Shown in pieces: positions 25,011 to 35,894 of a DNA stretch of 64,000 nt (its first letter is position 1; each line of letters starts with the position of its first letter). Position numbers and translations under genes: made by a program. Source of the stretch: an uncultured Chromatiales bacterium (GTDB taxonomy: Bacteria; Pseudomonadota; Gammaproteobacteria; Thiohalospirales; Thiohalospiraceae). The notes under the pieces are model-generated. The model did no database searches, was not told the origin of the DNA, and saw nothing but the letters and a program-made list of their open reading frames with translations. The stretch lies in contig CAZKYF010000028.1 in assembly GCA_964557025.1 (NCBI GenBank), positions 2,555 to 66,554 on the forward strand, read 5' to 3'.

Positions 25011-25613
25011 TCAGTGATGCCGGGTGCTGGATGCGCTGCCTGGGGCGGCCAGGCCGCCAGTGAGTACGAACCGCATGGCATCCTCCTTGGAGAGGTTGAG
25101 TGGCGTCACCCGTGAGCGAGGAACCAGTACCGTGTGCCCGCCGATCATATAGCCGAGTGGAATGTAGACCACGAGTTCTTCCCCGTTTTCGCCAGGAAGA
25201 TCGTCGAGGTTGTTGCGGGTGACGAAACCGATGACCCGAAGACCGTTGTCCATGTGAACGGTGACGACTTGTTGAAACTCGTTGTCGGAGGATTGGGAAA
25301 TGAAGGCGAGCAGATCCCGGATGGAACCATAGATGGACTTGATCAAAGGGATGCGGTAGAGCAGCCGCTCCCACCAGGTGAAGACGGTGCGCACCAGCCA
25401 GGAACGCATCATCAGCCCCGCCAGGAACACCAGCAGCAGACTGACCGCTACTCCGGTGCCGGGAATGTAGTACTGTTCCGGCAAGATCATGCGGACGGCG
25501 CGCCCGAGCAGCGATTCCGTGGTGACGGCGAGCCAGTAAAGGAAATAGAGTGTGGCTGCGATGGGGACCAGGGTGACCAGGCCGGTGAGAAAGGTGGTGT
25601 TCAGTTTGGACAT
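25011..25613 (-). CDS. DUF502 family membrane protein
   Basis: The N-terminus MSKLNTTFLTGLVTLVPIAATLYFLYWL is typical of DUF502. It has two TM segments. 200 aa. Confidence 0.8.
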   Translation of the reverse strand: MSKLNTTFLTGLVTLVPIAATLYFLYWLAVTTESLLGRAVRMILPEQYYIPGTGVAVSLLLVFLAGLMMRSWLVRTVFTWWERLLYRIPLIKSIYGSIRDLLAFISQSSDNEFQQVVTVHMDNGLRVIGFVTRNNLDDLPGENGEELVVYIPLGYMIGGHTVLVPRSRVTPLNLSKEDAMRFVLTGGLAAPGSASSTRHH

Positions 25614-25694
25614 GGGCGATTCCTCCGCTGGCTTTCCTGTTCCGGACGGTTGGAGTGAAAGAAGGACCGAGGGTTCCCGGCTCCGTGTTCCCGG

Positions 25695-27181
<1,487 letters not shown>

Positions 27182-27184
27182 GGC

Positions 27185-28006
27185 TCAGATGTCACGCAAC
27201 AGTTCGTTGATGCCGACCTTGGAGCGGGTTCTCTCGTCCACCTGTTTGACGATCACGGCGCAATAGAGGCTGTAGCTGCCATCCTTGGAAGGAAGGTTGC
27301 CGGGAACCACCACCGAACCGGCCGGGACGCGTCCGTAGCTGATCTCACCGGTTTCACGGTTGTAGATGCGGGTGCTCTGGCCAATATAGACTCCCATGGA
27401 GATGACCGAACCTTCCTCGACGATCACCCCTTCGACGATCTCCGAACGGGCACCGATGAAGCAGTTGTCCTCGATGATGGTTGGGTTGGCTTGAAGCGGC
27501 TCCAGTACGCCGCCGATGCCGACACCGCCGGAGAGATGGACGTTCTTTCCGATTTGAGCGCAGGAGCCCACCGTGGCCCAGGTGTCCACCATGGTTCCGC
27601 TGTCCACATAGGCACCAATGTTGACGTAAGAGGGCATCAACACCACGCTCGGTGCAATGAAGGAACCTTTGCGCACCATTGCCGGTGGTACCACCCGTAC
27701 ACCGCTCTCCCGGAAGTCCCGGGCGCTGTAGTCGGCATACTTGCCGTCCACCTTGTCGTAGTAGTTGGTGAATCCACCTTCGATGAAGCGATTGTCCACA
27801 ATGCGGAAGGAGAGCAGGACTGCTTTTTTCAACCACTGGTGTACCGCCCATTCGCCGTTTATCTTCTCTGCCACCCTCAGCTCGCCGCGGTCTAGCAGAT
27901 GCAGCGCGTCTTCCACCGCTTCCCGTACATGGGTCTCCACGTTGCGAGGTGTGATCTCGGCCCGTTGTTCAAAGGCCTGTTCGATTACCTTCTGCATGTC
28001 GTTCAT
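27185..28006 (-). CDS. dapD: 2,3,4,5-tetrahydropyridine-2,6-dicarboxylate N-succinyltransferase
   Basis: The N-terminal helical domain (EQRAEITP..., [26 protein letters not shown]) and left-handed beta-helix hexapeptide repeats are typical of DapD. Confidence 0.95.
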   Translation of the reverse strand: MNDMQKVIEQAFEQRAEITPRNVETHVREAVEDALHLLDRGELRVAEKINGEWAVHQWLKKAVLLSFRIVDNRFIEGGFTNYYDKVDGKYADYSARDFRESGVRVVPPAMVRKGSFIAPSVVLMPSYVNIGAYVDSGTMVDTWATVGSCAQIGKNVHLSGGVGIGGVLEPLQANPTIIEDNCFIGARSEIVEGVIVEEGSVISMGVYIGQSTRIYNRETGEISYGRVPAGSVVVPGNLPSKDGSYSLYCAVIVKQVDERTRSKVGINELLRDI

Positions 28007-28018
28007 GGGGTTTCTCCA

Positions 28019-29230
28019 TCAAGCTGGTTGTAATTGGTTCGTTTCTATGAATTCCCGGATACGGTTTGCCGCTTCCACACACTCTTCCAGCGGGGCGACC
28101 AGGGCCATGCGGATCCGCCGATCTCCTGGATTGACACCGTTCGCTTCCCGGGACAGGAAACTACCCGGCAGCACGGTGACGTTTTGCTGTGCAAAAAGCT
28201 CCCGGGCGAATCGGGTATCGTCGATGGGGGTTTCGGCCCAAAGATAGAAACCGGCTTCCGGCAGCGAAACGTTCATCACCGGAGCGAGGATTTCCAGCAC
28301 CGCGGAAAATTTCTCCCGGTAGAGACGGCGGTTCTCGATTACATGGTCCTCATCTTGCCACGCTTCGATGCTCGCCGCCTGGATTGGCGGCGGCATGGCG
28401 CATCCGTGATAGGTGCGATATAGCAAAAAGCGCTTGATGATTTCAGCGTCTCCCGCTACGAATCCGGAGCGCAGACCGGGGACATTGGAACGTTTGGAGA
28501 GGCTGTGGAACACCACGCAACGAGAAAAATCCTTGCGTCCGGCAGCAGCCGCTACTTGAAGTAGTCCTGGTGGGGGATTTCCTTCGTCGGGATAGATCTC
28601 GGAATAACATTCGTCTGCAGCGATGATGAAATCGTGGCGATCCGCCAGCCGGAGGAGCGTCTCCAACGTGTCTGGATTGGCCACCGCGCCGGTAGGATTA
28701 CCCGGTGAGCAGAGATAGAACAGTTGGCAACGTTGCCAGATTTCCATTGGGACTGCCTCGAGATCGGGCAGAAAATCATTGTCCGCGGTACAGTTCAGGT
28801 ACCAGGGTTCGGCGCCGGCCAGCAGGGCTGCTCCCTCATAAATCTGGTAGAACGGATTGGGCATCATCACCACCGGCCGGGTGTGTCGATCCACAACTGC
28901 TTGTGCAAAGGCGAATAGCGCTTCACGGGTACCGTTGACCGGCAGGACATGGCATTCTGGGTCCAGTATGCCGTTTTCCAGGGAAAAGCGGCGGGTCAGC
29001 CATTTTGCGACAGCCTCCCGCAAAGGAGTGTTTCCTCGGGTAAGCGGATAGGCAGCCAGCTTGTGAAGATGGGTGAGCAGTGCCTGACCGATGAAAGCGG
29101 GCGGTGTATGACGTGGTTCTCCAATGGAGAGCGGGATGGGATCCCGATCTGATGGTGGTGTGATACCCTCCTTCAGCTGGGTCAGCCGGGTGAAGGGATA
29201 AGGGCGCAATTTGTCCAGATCGGGATTCAT
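28019..29230 (-). CDS. dapC: succinyldiaminopimelate aminotransferase (class I PLP aminotransferase)
   Basis: I trimmed to ATG 29230 (MNPDLDKLRPYPFTRL...). PLP-lysine motif HSLSKRSNVPGLRSGF. It clusters with dapD and dapE. Confidence 0.85.
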   Translation of the reverse strand: MNPDLDKLRPYPFTRLTQLKEGITPPSDRDPIPLSIGEPRHTPPAFIGQALLTHLHKLAAYPLTRGNTPLREAVAKWLTRRFSLENGILDPECHVLPVNGTREALFAFAQAVVDRHTRPVVMMPNPFYQIYEGAALLAGAEPWYLNCTADNDFLPDLEAVPMEIWQRCQLFYLCSPGNPTGAVANPDTLETLLRLADRHDFIIAADECYSEIYPDEGNPPPGLLQVAAAAGRKDFSRCVVFHSLSKRSNVPGLRSGFVAGDAEIIKRFLLYRTYHGCAMPPPIQAASIEAWQDEDHVIENRRLYREKFSAVLEILAPVMNVSLPEAGFYLWAETPIDDTRFARELFAQQNVTVLPGSFLSREANGVNPGDRRIRMALVAPLEECVEAANRIREFIETNQLQPA

Positions 29231-29273
29231 GGAACAGAGGGTCAGCCAAGTGTTTAAAAACGAAACAGTATAA

Positions 29274-30170
29274 ATGAAGCCGCCTGAACGCGAAACAACG
29301 GTACTGCCATTCCTGGCCCTGCTGCTCAGCGCCACAGTTTGGGGCGTCATGTGGTACCCGTTGCGTCTGTTCGAGGCCCGGGGGCTGGACGGATTGTGGA
29401 TCACCTTCATTTTCTTTGCCGGTGCCACTGTAGCAGGAATGGTACTGATGGCGGGTCGCTTGCGTAGGTTGGGCGGGCAGCCATGGGTGGTGTTGGGTAT
29501 CGCGCTGGCCAGTGGTTGGTGCAACACCACTTTCAATCTGGCCATGCTCGAGGGCAATGTGATGCGGGCGCTATTGCTGTTCTATCTCTCGCCCCTTTGG
29601 GCGACATTGATCGGCTGGGGATTTCTTGGAGAGCGACTGACGCCACTTTCCCTTCTGTTGTTGGGGATATCAATCCTGGGCGCGGTGATCATGTTGTGGC
29701 AGCCGGGGGCGATGGTTCCCTGGCCCACTGGCCGGGCGGACTGGTTGGCCATCGGTTCCGGCTTGGCGTTCGCCATCCTTAATGCGTTGATTCGGCATGG
29801 GACCCGCGTGCCCTTGCCGATCAAAATGATGGCCAGCTGGGTAGGCGTATTGCTGGTGGCTGGCGTTTGGCTGGTGGTGATCGGCATACCCGCGCCCGCC
29901 ACGGGGGCAGGAACAATCTCAGCGGCGGCACTATTTGGTGCAGTGGTGATCGTGATTGCGACACTGAGCGTGCAGTATGGTGTTACACACATGCCGGTCC
30001 ACCGTTCAGCGATAATCCTTCTGTTTGAACTGGTGGCGGGGGCGGTGTCTGCTGGACTTTTGACCAATGAGGTGGTTTCCCTCCGGGAGTGGCTGGGAGG
30101 AGGATTGATTGTGGTGGCTGCAATGATCTCTGCCCGGATGACCCTGCGACCGGGGCCGACAGCAGGATGA
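29274..30170 (+). CDS. DMT-superfamily (EamA-like) transporter
   Basis: 298 aa with about 10 hydrophobic helices and a two-fold EamA-like organisation. Confidence 0.8.
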   Translation: MKPPERETTVLPFLALLLSATVWGVMWYPLRLFEARGLDGLWITFIFFAGATVAGMVLMAGRLRRLGGQPWVVLGIALASGWCNTTFNLAMLEGNVMRALLLFYLSPLWATLIGWGFLGERLTPLSLLLLGISILGAVIMLWQPGAMVPWPTGRADWLAIGSGLAFAILNALIRHGTRVPLPIKMMASWVGVLLVAGVWLVVIGIPAPATGAGTISAAALFGAVVIVIATLSVQYGVTHMPVHRSAIILLFELVAGAVSAGLLTNEVVSLREWLGGGLIVVAAMISARMTLRPGPTAG

Positions 30171-30196
30171 GGTGTGGGGTCTGTTAAAAGGCGTTT

Positions 30197-30463
30197 CTAT
30201 CCGGTTCTCTGCCGGAAAGGGTCATTACCGTGGTATGTTTCATCCATCCGGCAGGGAGCGCCGCCCGGTGGGCGTTTCCTTTGGATGGATCGAAAGCTGG
30301 GGAAGCCCGAGGATGTGCCAGGGCTCTGGCCGGAGGATGGACTGCCGGTGTTTGCCGTTTTTTCGGGGGGCTCTTCCGACACATAGCGGCGTGCTGCGGC
30401 GCAGAAGATGAAGATCATAAAGAGTACCACTGCTACCCACATTATGAGCAGGAACTTGATCAA
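30197..30463 (-). CDS. hypothetical small membrane protein (speculative)
   Basis: TTG start 9 nt after GGAGA. N-terminal TM IKFLLIMWVAVVLFMIFIFCAAARR. GC3-rich codons, but a low-complexity Pro/Ser/Gly tail and no recognisable family. Confidence 0.25.
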   Translation of the reverse strand: MIKFLLIMWVAVVLFMIFIFCAAARRYVSEEPPEKTANTGSPSSGQSPGTSSGFPSFRSIQRKRPPGGAPCRMDETYHGNDPFRQRTG

Positions 30464-30674
30464 GGGGGCACGTCTCCGGTTTCAGGAAAACACCAACAAA
30501 TGATATATCGGCAGGAGGAGAGGAAAACTTTAACGATTTCTCAGAATGGTCAATTTTTCACTGAAACCGAAGTGATAGATTGTGGCTTCTGGCGAAAGGA
30601 GAGCGTGTTGGTGCAGTTGCTTTGAACCAGAATTCTCGCCGTTGCACGGGGGCCGAATACCTTCCGACGGCCCT

Positions 30675-31595
30675 TTAGAAACGGCGACTCAGCTGCAGAC
30701 CAACGATGGAGATATCTTTCTGCAGGCGCTTGATGGTTTCTTCGTCGCCTGTCACGCTGTCGTTGAAGGATTCGGAGAGGTTATCGATTTGATAGAACTC
30801 GGAATAGATGGAAATGGCATATTTCATCCAGAATCGCTTGGAGAGCTGGATGAAGATGGTGTTGGTGCGGCCGGCCGGAATAGTGGCTTCTGCCTTGTTC
30901 TCTCCCCCGTCCCGGGTGGCGGCGACAAAAAGCGGAAACTTGAAACCGGCACTGATCTCAAACGGTAGGGGGAAGCCCAGATCGGTATAATAATCGTATT
31001 CTCGAATGGTTCCTCCAAGCTTGCCGTAGACAATCAGGTGCTGTTCATCGAAACCGGGAAGTGAATGTTCATCCACGGTTTTTACCTCGTGAACCGTCCG
31101 CTGCCAAGCATCCGCTCCCAGTACGGCAAAGATGTTAGTGCGGTTGCCGCCGTACCCAAGGGTCCCTTCCAGGCGCAGACCGATATAATCCGAATTGGTT
31201 TGTACTGGCTCGGGGTTCTCGGTGGTGTTGTTTATCCCCTCCAGCTCCATCCTCCCGGCATAGATCTTTCCTTCGAGCCCAAAGACCGCACCAGGTTCGT
31301 AACGCTGGAAGTTATCTGCTGAGAGCGCAAGGGTCAATCGCGGGCCAGCCTCTGATGTGGCAGGTTCCTCTGTCTCCCAGCTGAACCACTCTGCACCGAT
31401 CCCGAACTTCGTATAGGAGTGGGGAATGATGGTATTTGCGGCAATGCAGAAGGAGGGCAGGAAAAGGAGCGACAAAACCAGAATACATTGCCAGCGTGGC
31501 GTCCGTGAGGCCTTTCGGAGCTTTACCGGAAACTTCCTGTTCACAGGCGTATACCAGATGAAGTGGGAAAAACGTTCACATTGTTCACCAAGCAC
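30675..31595 (-). CDS. hypothetical outer-membrane beta-barrel protein
   Basis: Basic n-region plus CILVLSLLFLPSFCIAA signal peptide. Alternating hydrophobic beta-strand pattern with a C-terminal ...LQLSRRF (terminal Phe). The real start is probably GTG 31544. Confidence 0.6.
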   Translation of the reverse strand: MLGEQCERFSHFIWYTPVNRKFPVKLRKASRTPRWQCILVLSLLFLPSFCIAANTIIPHSYTKFGIGAEWFSWETEEPATSEAGPRLTLALSADNFQRYEPGAVFGLEGKIYAGRMELEGINNTTENPEPVQTNSDYIGLRLEGTLGYGGNRTNIFAVLGADAWQRTVHEVKTVDEHSLPGFDEQHLIVYGKLGGTIREYDYYTDLGFPLPFEISAGFKFPLFVAATRDGGENKAEATIPAGRTNTIFIQLSKRFWMKYAISIYSEFYQIDNLSESFNDSVTGDEETIKRLQKDISIVGLQLSRRF

Positions 31596-31824
31596 ACTCC
31601 GTGCGACCTATCCATGAACGGGTTCACAAATCAAAGTATATCATAGTGGCGGAAGAGCAACTACGGTATCAGTGAATTCAACCCCAAAGTGCATCACTCG
31701 CTTGAGGCTGTGGGCGTCGATGACAAAATCGATCTCAACAGGGTAGGAGCATGTTGTTCTCGTAACGCAAAATGAGTTGGGATAGGGGTTGGCTCTATGA
31801 ATTTTTGGGCGCCAATGTCGGGGG

Positions 31825-31852
31825 TTGACATGGAGGTGCCCGTCGCTAGAAT
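31825..31852 (+). promoter_or_regulatory. sigma70 promoter of the tRNA operon
   Basis: TTGACA (31825-31830), a 16-nt spacer, then TAGAAT (31847-31852). It lies about 18 nt upstream of the mature tRNA-Gly 5' end. Confidence 0.55.
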
Positions 31853-31869
31853 ATGCAATTCGCCAGCAA

Positions 31870-31945
<76 letters not shown>

Positions 31946-31967
31946 GATTCTGACAGAAACCTCGGTG

Positions 31968-32002
31968 ACCCGGAGGGGCGTCCGCCGGGGTTTTTTGTTT
32001 GT
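31968..32002 (+). terminator. terminator-like hairpin + T-run between tRNA-Gly and tRNA-Cys
   Basis: acccggagg-ggcg-tccgccgggg forms an imperfect GC stem followed by ttttttgtttgtt. It may be an attenuating or processing element, since the equivalent E. coli operon is co-transcribed. Confidence 0.4.
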
Positions 32003-32047
32003 TCTTTGCTGCAAAGAGAGGTGAAAGTCTCTTTCCGTTTCATCCAA

Positions 32048-32121
32048 GGCTGGGTGGCAGAGTGGTTATGCAGCGGCCTGCAAAGCCGTGTACCTCGGTT
32101 CGACTCCGGGCCCAGCCTCCA
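32048..32121 (+). tRNA. cysT: tRNA-Cys (anticodon GCA)
   Basis: 74 nt: GGCTGGGTGGCAGAGTGGTTATGCAGCGGCCTGCAAAGCCGTGTACCTCGGTTCGACTCCGGGCCCAGCCTCCA. The U73 discriminator is as expected for Cys. Confidence 0.95.
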
Positions 32122-32199
32122 TTTTGCTCTGACCCCATTGATCCTTTTGGCTGTAGCGGGTGGTTTGACCGGTGTTTAGCCGGTACAATGGGCCACCGC

Positions 32200-32286
32200 G
32201 CCCGGGTGGCGAAATTGGTAGACGCAAGGGACTTAAAATCCCTCGGTGGCGACACCGTGCCGGTTCGAGTCCGGCCCCGGGCACCA
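32200..32286 (+). tRNA. leuZ: tRNA-Leu (anticodon TAA), long variable arm
   Basis: 87 nt: GCCCGGGTGGCGAAATTGGTAGACGCAAGGGACTTAAAATCCCTCGGTGGCGACACCGTGCCGGTTCGAGTCCGGCCCCGGGCACCA. It has a class II variable arm. Confidence 0.95.
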
Positions 32287-32287
32287 C

Positions 32288-33949
32288 TCAGCCTGCCTTG
32301 GCGGCGGGCGGTGCAAGCAGCATTCGGGCTAAGGTTTCGTCATCGAGTGGTCGGGATGCTGGTTCATGTTCAGCCTGTCTCTCCATTATTCGTTGATATT
32401 CCTTCCAGAATCTTTGTTGCTCCCGCTGTAGTCCCTCCAGGATCTGCCGAAATTGCTGATCAATCTCCGCCAATCCCGCCTCGAGTCCGGCCCGCAGGCC
32501 GCGCAATGCAGCTTTCTGTAGAGAGGGTTTCAATCTGCGATGAATCAGATAAGGTAGCAGCCAGGCCGTCAATACCAGCAGCAGACTGTGGATGGCAAAG
32601 TCAATCCCCAGATAGTTTTGCGGGAGGGTGGCACTTTGATAGTAACCGGTAAACAGGCGGTAACCTACCCATCCGAGCGCTGTTACGGGAAGGAAGGTGG
32701 CCAGTATCCCCGTGGCGCGATAAAGGAACCGGTGCAGGGTGGTGCCGGGTTTTTGCAAGGCGGTGCGCAGGGAGAGCTGGAGATGATTTTCCATCTTGTC
32801 TTTGGCTTCTTTCAGAAAGGGGGATAGCGCTTCCCGCAGGGGAGTGCCGGGTAAGGAAAGGGCGTCGGCTTCGATGAGGAGCGCATCGAAGGCATCGTGC
32901 AACCGGGTCTCGGCCCAGGAATCCCAAATTTCTTCGCTGTCGCGCTGCTGTTTTTCTACGCCGGACTCAGGTGTGGAACCCTTCTGGCCTCGGAACCACC
33001 CTTCGGTATTGCGGGGTGCGAAACGTGCGGCCAGTACTTCCATTTTCCAATCCAGTCCCTGCCGCAATTCTTGGGCGGTCTTTTCCCAGAGAGCTTGCCA
33101 ATGCTTAATCAGTTCCGGGAATGCCTCTTCGGGCCCCAGTTTTTCCGCCGCCCGCTTCAGCGCTTCGCGCAGCTCTTGCATCCGTACAGAGATGCCGCGG
33201 ATCTCCAGTTGCCGGATGGTGTGGGCATTGGCCAGAGCATGAATAGTCTGTGCCAGCTGGGGAAAATCATCCTCCGCGGCTTTGCCCTCCCGGCTGTCGG
33301 TACAGAATATCAGTGGTCGCTGGAAGCCGGCTTCCTCCAACAGCCGAATAAAATCCTCGCGTTGGGTCGGGTCTCCTTTGTCCCACTGGTTAATGACGAA
33401 CAGCCAGGCGTGACGATGGCCATGTTCCAGCAAAAGCCGCCAGCCACGATCATCGCGGTAACGTTCGGGGCTGACCACGTAGATCAAGAGATCGATATGC
33501 GGCAGCCACTCTAGCACCAATTCGCGATTGGCGATGTCCACGCTATCGATGTCGGGCATGTCGATCCAGAGGATGTCGCGGTTCTCTTCTTTTCGGTGCA
33601 AGGCGATCTTCACCTTGTCCACAGGAAAATCCTGCGGGAGATTCTGGATTTGAACCGACTCATGGAGATAAAGCGTCACCTCCCGTGAGGTGGGGCGTTC
33701 GACGCCGGTGCGAGCGATGGCTTCGCCGGCAAGCCGGTTGAGCAGACTGCTCTTGCCTACGCCGGTACCCCCGAAGAAAGCCACCACCAGCGGTCGCTGG
33801 ATCCCCGCTTCGAACAGGTCTCCGGGGGTGGCCGATTCCACCGATTCCAGTCTTGTCACCTCCGCCTCCGGGAGCCAACCCGCTTGTTGTGCTTCACGGG
33901 CCCAGTTGAGGGTTTGCCGCTGAAAGTGTTGAAGGGGATCAGTCGCCAT
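32288..33949 (-). CDS. dynamin-like / HSR1-type GTPase with C-terminal membrane hairpin (second gene of pair)
   Basis: I trimmed to ATG 33949. G1 FFGGTGVGKSSLLNRL, G3 DMPDIDS, G4-like NQWD. Long helical region, then two adjacent hydrophobic helices (ILATFLPVTALGWVGYRLF / FAIHSLLLVLTAWLLPYLI). The stop codon is 1 nt from the tRNA-Leu 3' end. Confidence 0.8.
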   Translation of the reverse strand: MATDPLQHFQRQTLNWAREAQQAGWLPEAEVTRLESVESATPGDLFEAGIQRPLVVAFFGGTGVGKSSLLNRLAGEAIARTGVERPTSREVTLYLHESVQIQNLPQDFPVDKVKIALHRKEENRDILWIDMPDIDSVDIANRELVLEWLPHIDLLIYVVSPERYRDDRGWRLLLEHGHRHAWLFVINQWDKGDPTQREDFIRLLEEAGFQRPLIFCTDSREGKAAEDDFPQLAQTIHALANAHTIRQLEIRGISVRMQELREALKRAAEKLGPEEAFPELIKHWQALWEKTAQELRQGLDWKMEVLAARFAPRNTEGWFRGQKGSTPESGVEKQQRDSEEIWDSWAETRLHDAFDALLIEADALSLPGTPLREALSPFLKEAKDKMENHLQLSLRTALQKPGTTLHRFLYRATGILATFLPVTALGWVGYRLFTGYYQSATLPQNYLGIDFAIHSLLLVLTAWLLPYLIHRRLKPSLQKAALRGLRAGLEAGLAEIDQQFRQILEGLQREQQRFWKEYQRIMERQAEHEPASRPLDDETLARMLLAPPAAKAG

Positions 33950-35726
33950 GTTCCAGTCTCTCCAGTTCCTGTTCCGCAGCGGAGACCTCTTCCACCGAAA
34001 TTCCAAAACGCTGTGTCGGATCGAGGCGCTGTTCGAGTGCGGTCAGTTCTGTGCCAAGTGCTACAAACAGCTGTTTTTCCACTGCCTCCAGCTGCCGCTG
34101 TTTCAGCTCTGCTGCTATCCGATCCATGTAGTGACCCAGAGTGCTCTCTGCCAGCATGCTCGTGAGAGAGAGCATGGCCGGGGCGACCACCAAGTCATGG
34201 ATACTCAGTCCTCCTGATTTGACAGCCAGGACGACGGCGGCGGCATCGGTGGTGACCCGTGCTGTACGCAGGGTGTTGAGCATCGCCGGCTGTTGCTCCA
34301 GCTGTTCATAGAGACGGTGGGCGCTACGCTCGATCTCAGGTTGGAACTGTGCCTGATAGCTCTTCACCGCGTCAGCAAAGCGCTGCTCGAGCCGGGGGCG
34401 CTCATCACGCAGGGTACGGGCGATATTCTTCCACCAATTCTCCTGTTCCGCCTCGGTCTCGGCGAGCCGTAGCGCCTCCTCGGCGAGATGGACCAGTGTA
34501 TGGTGAGCAATCTGGTTGAGCAGGCGTTGCTCTTGGTTGCTGTCCTTCTGTGCACCTGCCGGTTTTCTGCCGAACAGGGATTTTCCGGCATCGACTGCTC
34601 GACGCAGTGGCCAGGTGATGACTCGACGTGCCCGAGCGAGGGATTCGGCCAGTAAGGGAATCTCCAGCAAGGTCAACAGTTCTGCGATGGCTTGCTGAAA
34701 GGTCTCATAGTTCTGCGGGTGATCCAGATAATCCCGCCTGTAGTCAATTAGCCCTTGCTCCACTGAATGGTCCACCATCTCCTTCCAGCGCGCCTCGGCA
34801 GCTTGCTCGGCTCGAATAGGCGTTAGCCACGCCGACCAATGGTGGCGGATGAATCGGTAGGCGTGATAGGCCTGATCGGTGCGGTCGAGCTGAGCCAGTG
34901 GCTCTGCTACCATGTTGCGCAGCCTTTCCACCGCCCCGGGTTCCATTCCTCGGCCGGCGTCGTCTAGATCCTTTTGGTACGGAAGGGTACAAAGTGGAAA
35001 GCGCTCCGGAGGAAGTTTTTTCTCTTTCAGATGATGGTGGAAGGAGTCAAGGACCATCTGGCGCGACTCTTCATCCACTTTGTTGATGCAGATCATCAAG
35101 GGGCGCCCGAGGGGGAGCAGGAGTTCCAGCGTTTCCCATACCCGCTGATCGGCATACTTGTCCTTACTCACTACTAGTAACAACAGATCGGCCAGGGCAG
35201 CGGTTCGCAGCACGGCATCTCGGTAACCGACCGCGTCCACTGAATCGAAGTCTGGTGTATCCCAGAGCAGCGACGGAGGAAGGGGTGCCTCGCCTGCCTC
35301 GCTTATTGCATAGGCACGGTAAGGAGCCTGCGCCAGCTCGGCGGAAGAGACTTGGTGGTAGCCGATGAAAAATTCCGGCAGCCAGGGATAGTGGTCAATA
35401 CGGCTCTTTACACAGAATCCCTGAGGATGGACGGTAAAACCTGCCAAGGCACTGACTCCTGCCAATGCTTTTCCGAGGAGGAGATTGACTACGGTGCTTT
35501 TGCCCGCCTGAGTGGGACCAATGACCGCTGTCTGGGGGTTTCCTCCGGGGTGTTGTTGCTCAAATCGCAGTTTGCGCAGAGCCGCTTCTGCCAAGGTTAG
35601 TGAGGCGAGAATCTGCTCATGAGGGGTGGTGTCTTTCCGGGTTCTGTGCGCTACACTCTGGTAGCGTGTTATCAGCCGTTCTATGAAGTCGAGCATTCGC
35701 ATCCCTGGAGTTTTGGTTTGCGTCAT
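33939..35726 (-). CDS. dynamin-like / HSR1-type GTPase (first gene of pair)
   Basis: G1 GPTQAGKSTVVNLL, G3 WDTPDFDS, G4 INKVD, followed by about 350 aa of predicted helical stalk. The stop overlaps the next GTPase start by 11 nt. Confidence 0.8.
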   Translation of the reverse strand: MTQTKTPGMRMLDFIERLITRYQSVAHRTRKDTTPHEQILASLTLAEAALRKLRFEQQHPGGNPQTAVIGPTQAGKSTVVNLLLGKALAGVSALAGFTVHPQGFCVKSRIDHYPWLPEFFIGYHQVSSAELAQAPYRAYAISEAGEAPLPPSLLWDTPDFDSVDAVGYRDAVLRTAALADLLLLVVSKDKYADQRVWETLELLLPLGRPLMICINKVDEESRQMVLDSFHHHLKEKKLPPERFPLCTLPYQKDLDDAGRGMEPGAVERLRNMVAEPLAQLDRTDQAYHAYRFIRHHWSAWLTPIRAEQAAEARWKEMVDHSVEQGLIDYRRDYLDHPQNYETFQQAIAELLTLLEIPLLAESLARARRVITWPLRRAVDAGKSLFGRKPAGAQKDSNQEQRLLNQIAHHTLVHLAEEALRLAETEAEQENWWKNIARTLRDERPRLEQRFADAVKSYQAQFQPEIERSAHRLYEQLEQQPAMLNTLRTARVTTDAAAVVLAVKSGGLSIHDLVVAPAMLSLTSMLAESTLGHYMDRIAAELKQRQLEAVEKQLFVALGTELTALEQRLDPTQRFGISVEEVSAAEQELERLEHGD

Positions 35727-35894
35727 TGTATTCGTTTCCCGGCAACTATTCAGCCACAGGGGCGGGGGAGCGTTTCAATACTTTCGGGAATGGGAAAGGT
35801 GTAATATGCTTACCCCTGATGCTGCGCCAAGGATTCCGTCTCCAGGACGCGATTCCGGTCTTCCTTTCTCTTCGCTGTCATTGGTGAGGTTGCC

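Noticed and set aside
32165-32189. TTGACC / TACAAT pair just upstream of tRNA-Leu
   Set aside because: The spacer is only 13 nt, which is incompatible with a functional sigma70 promoter as spaced.
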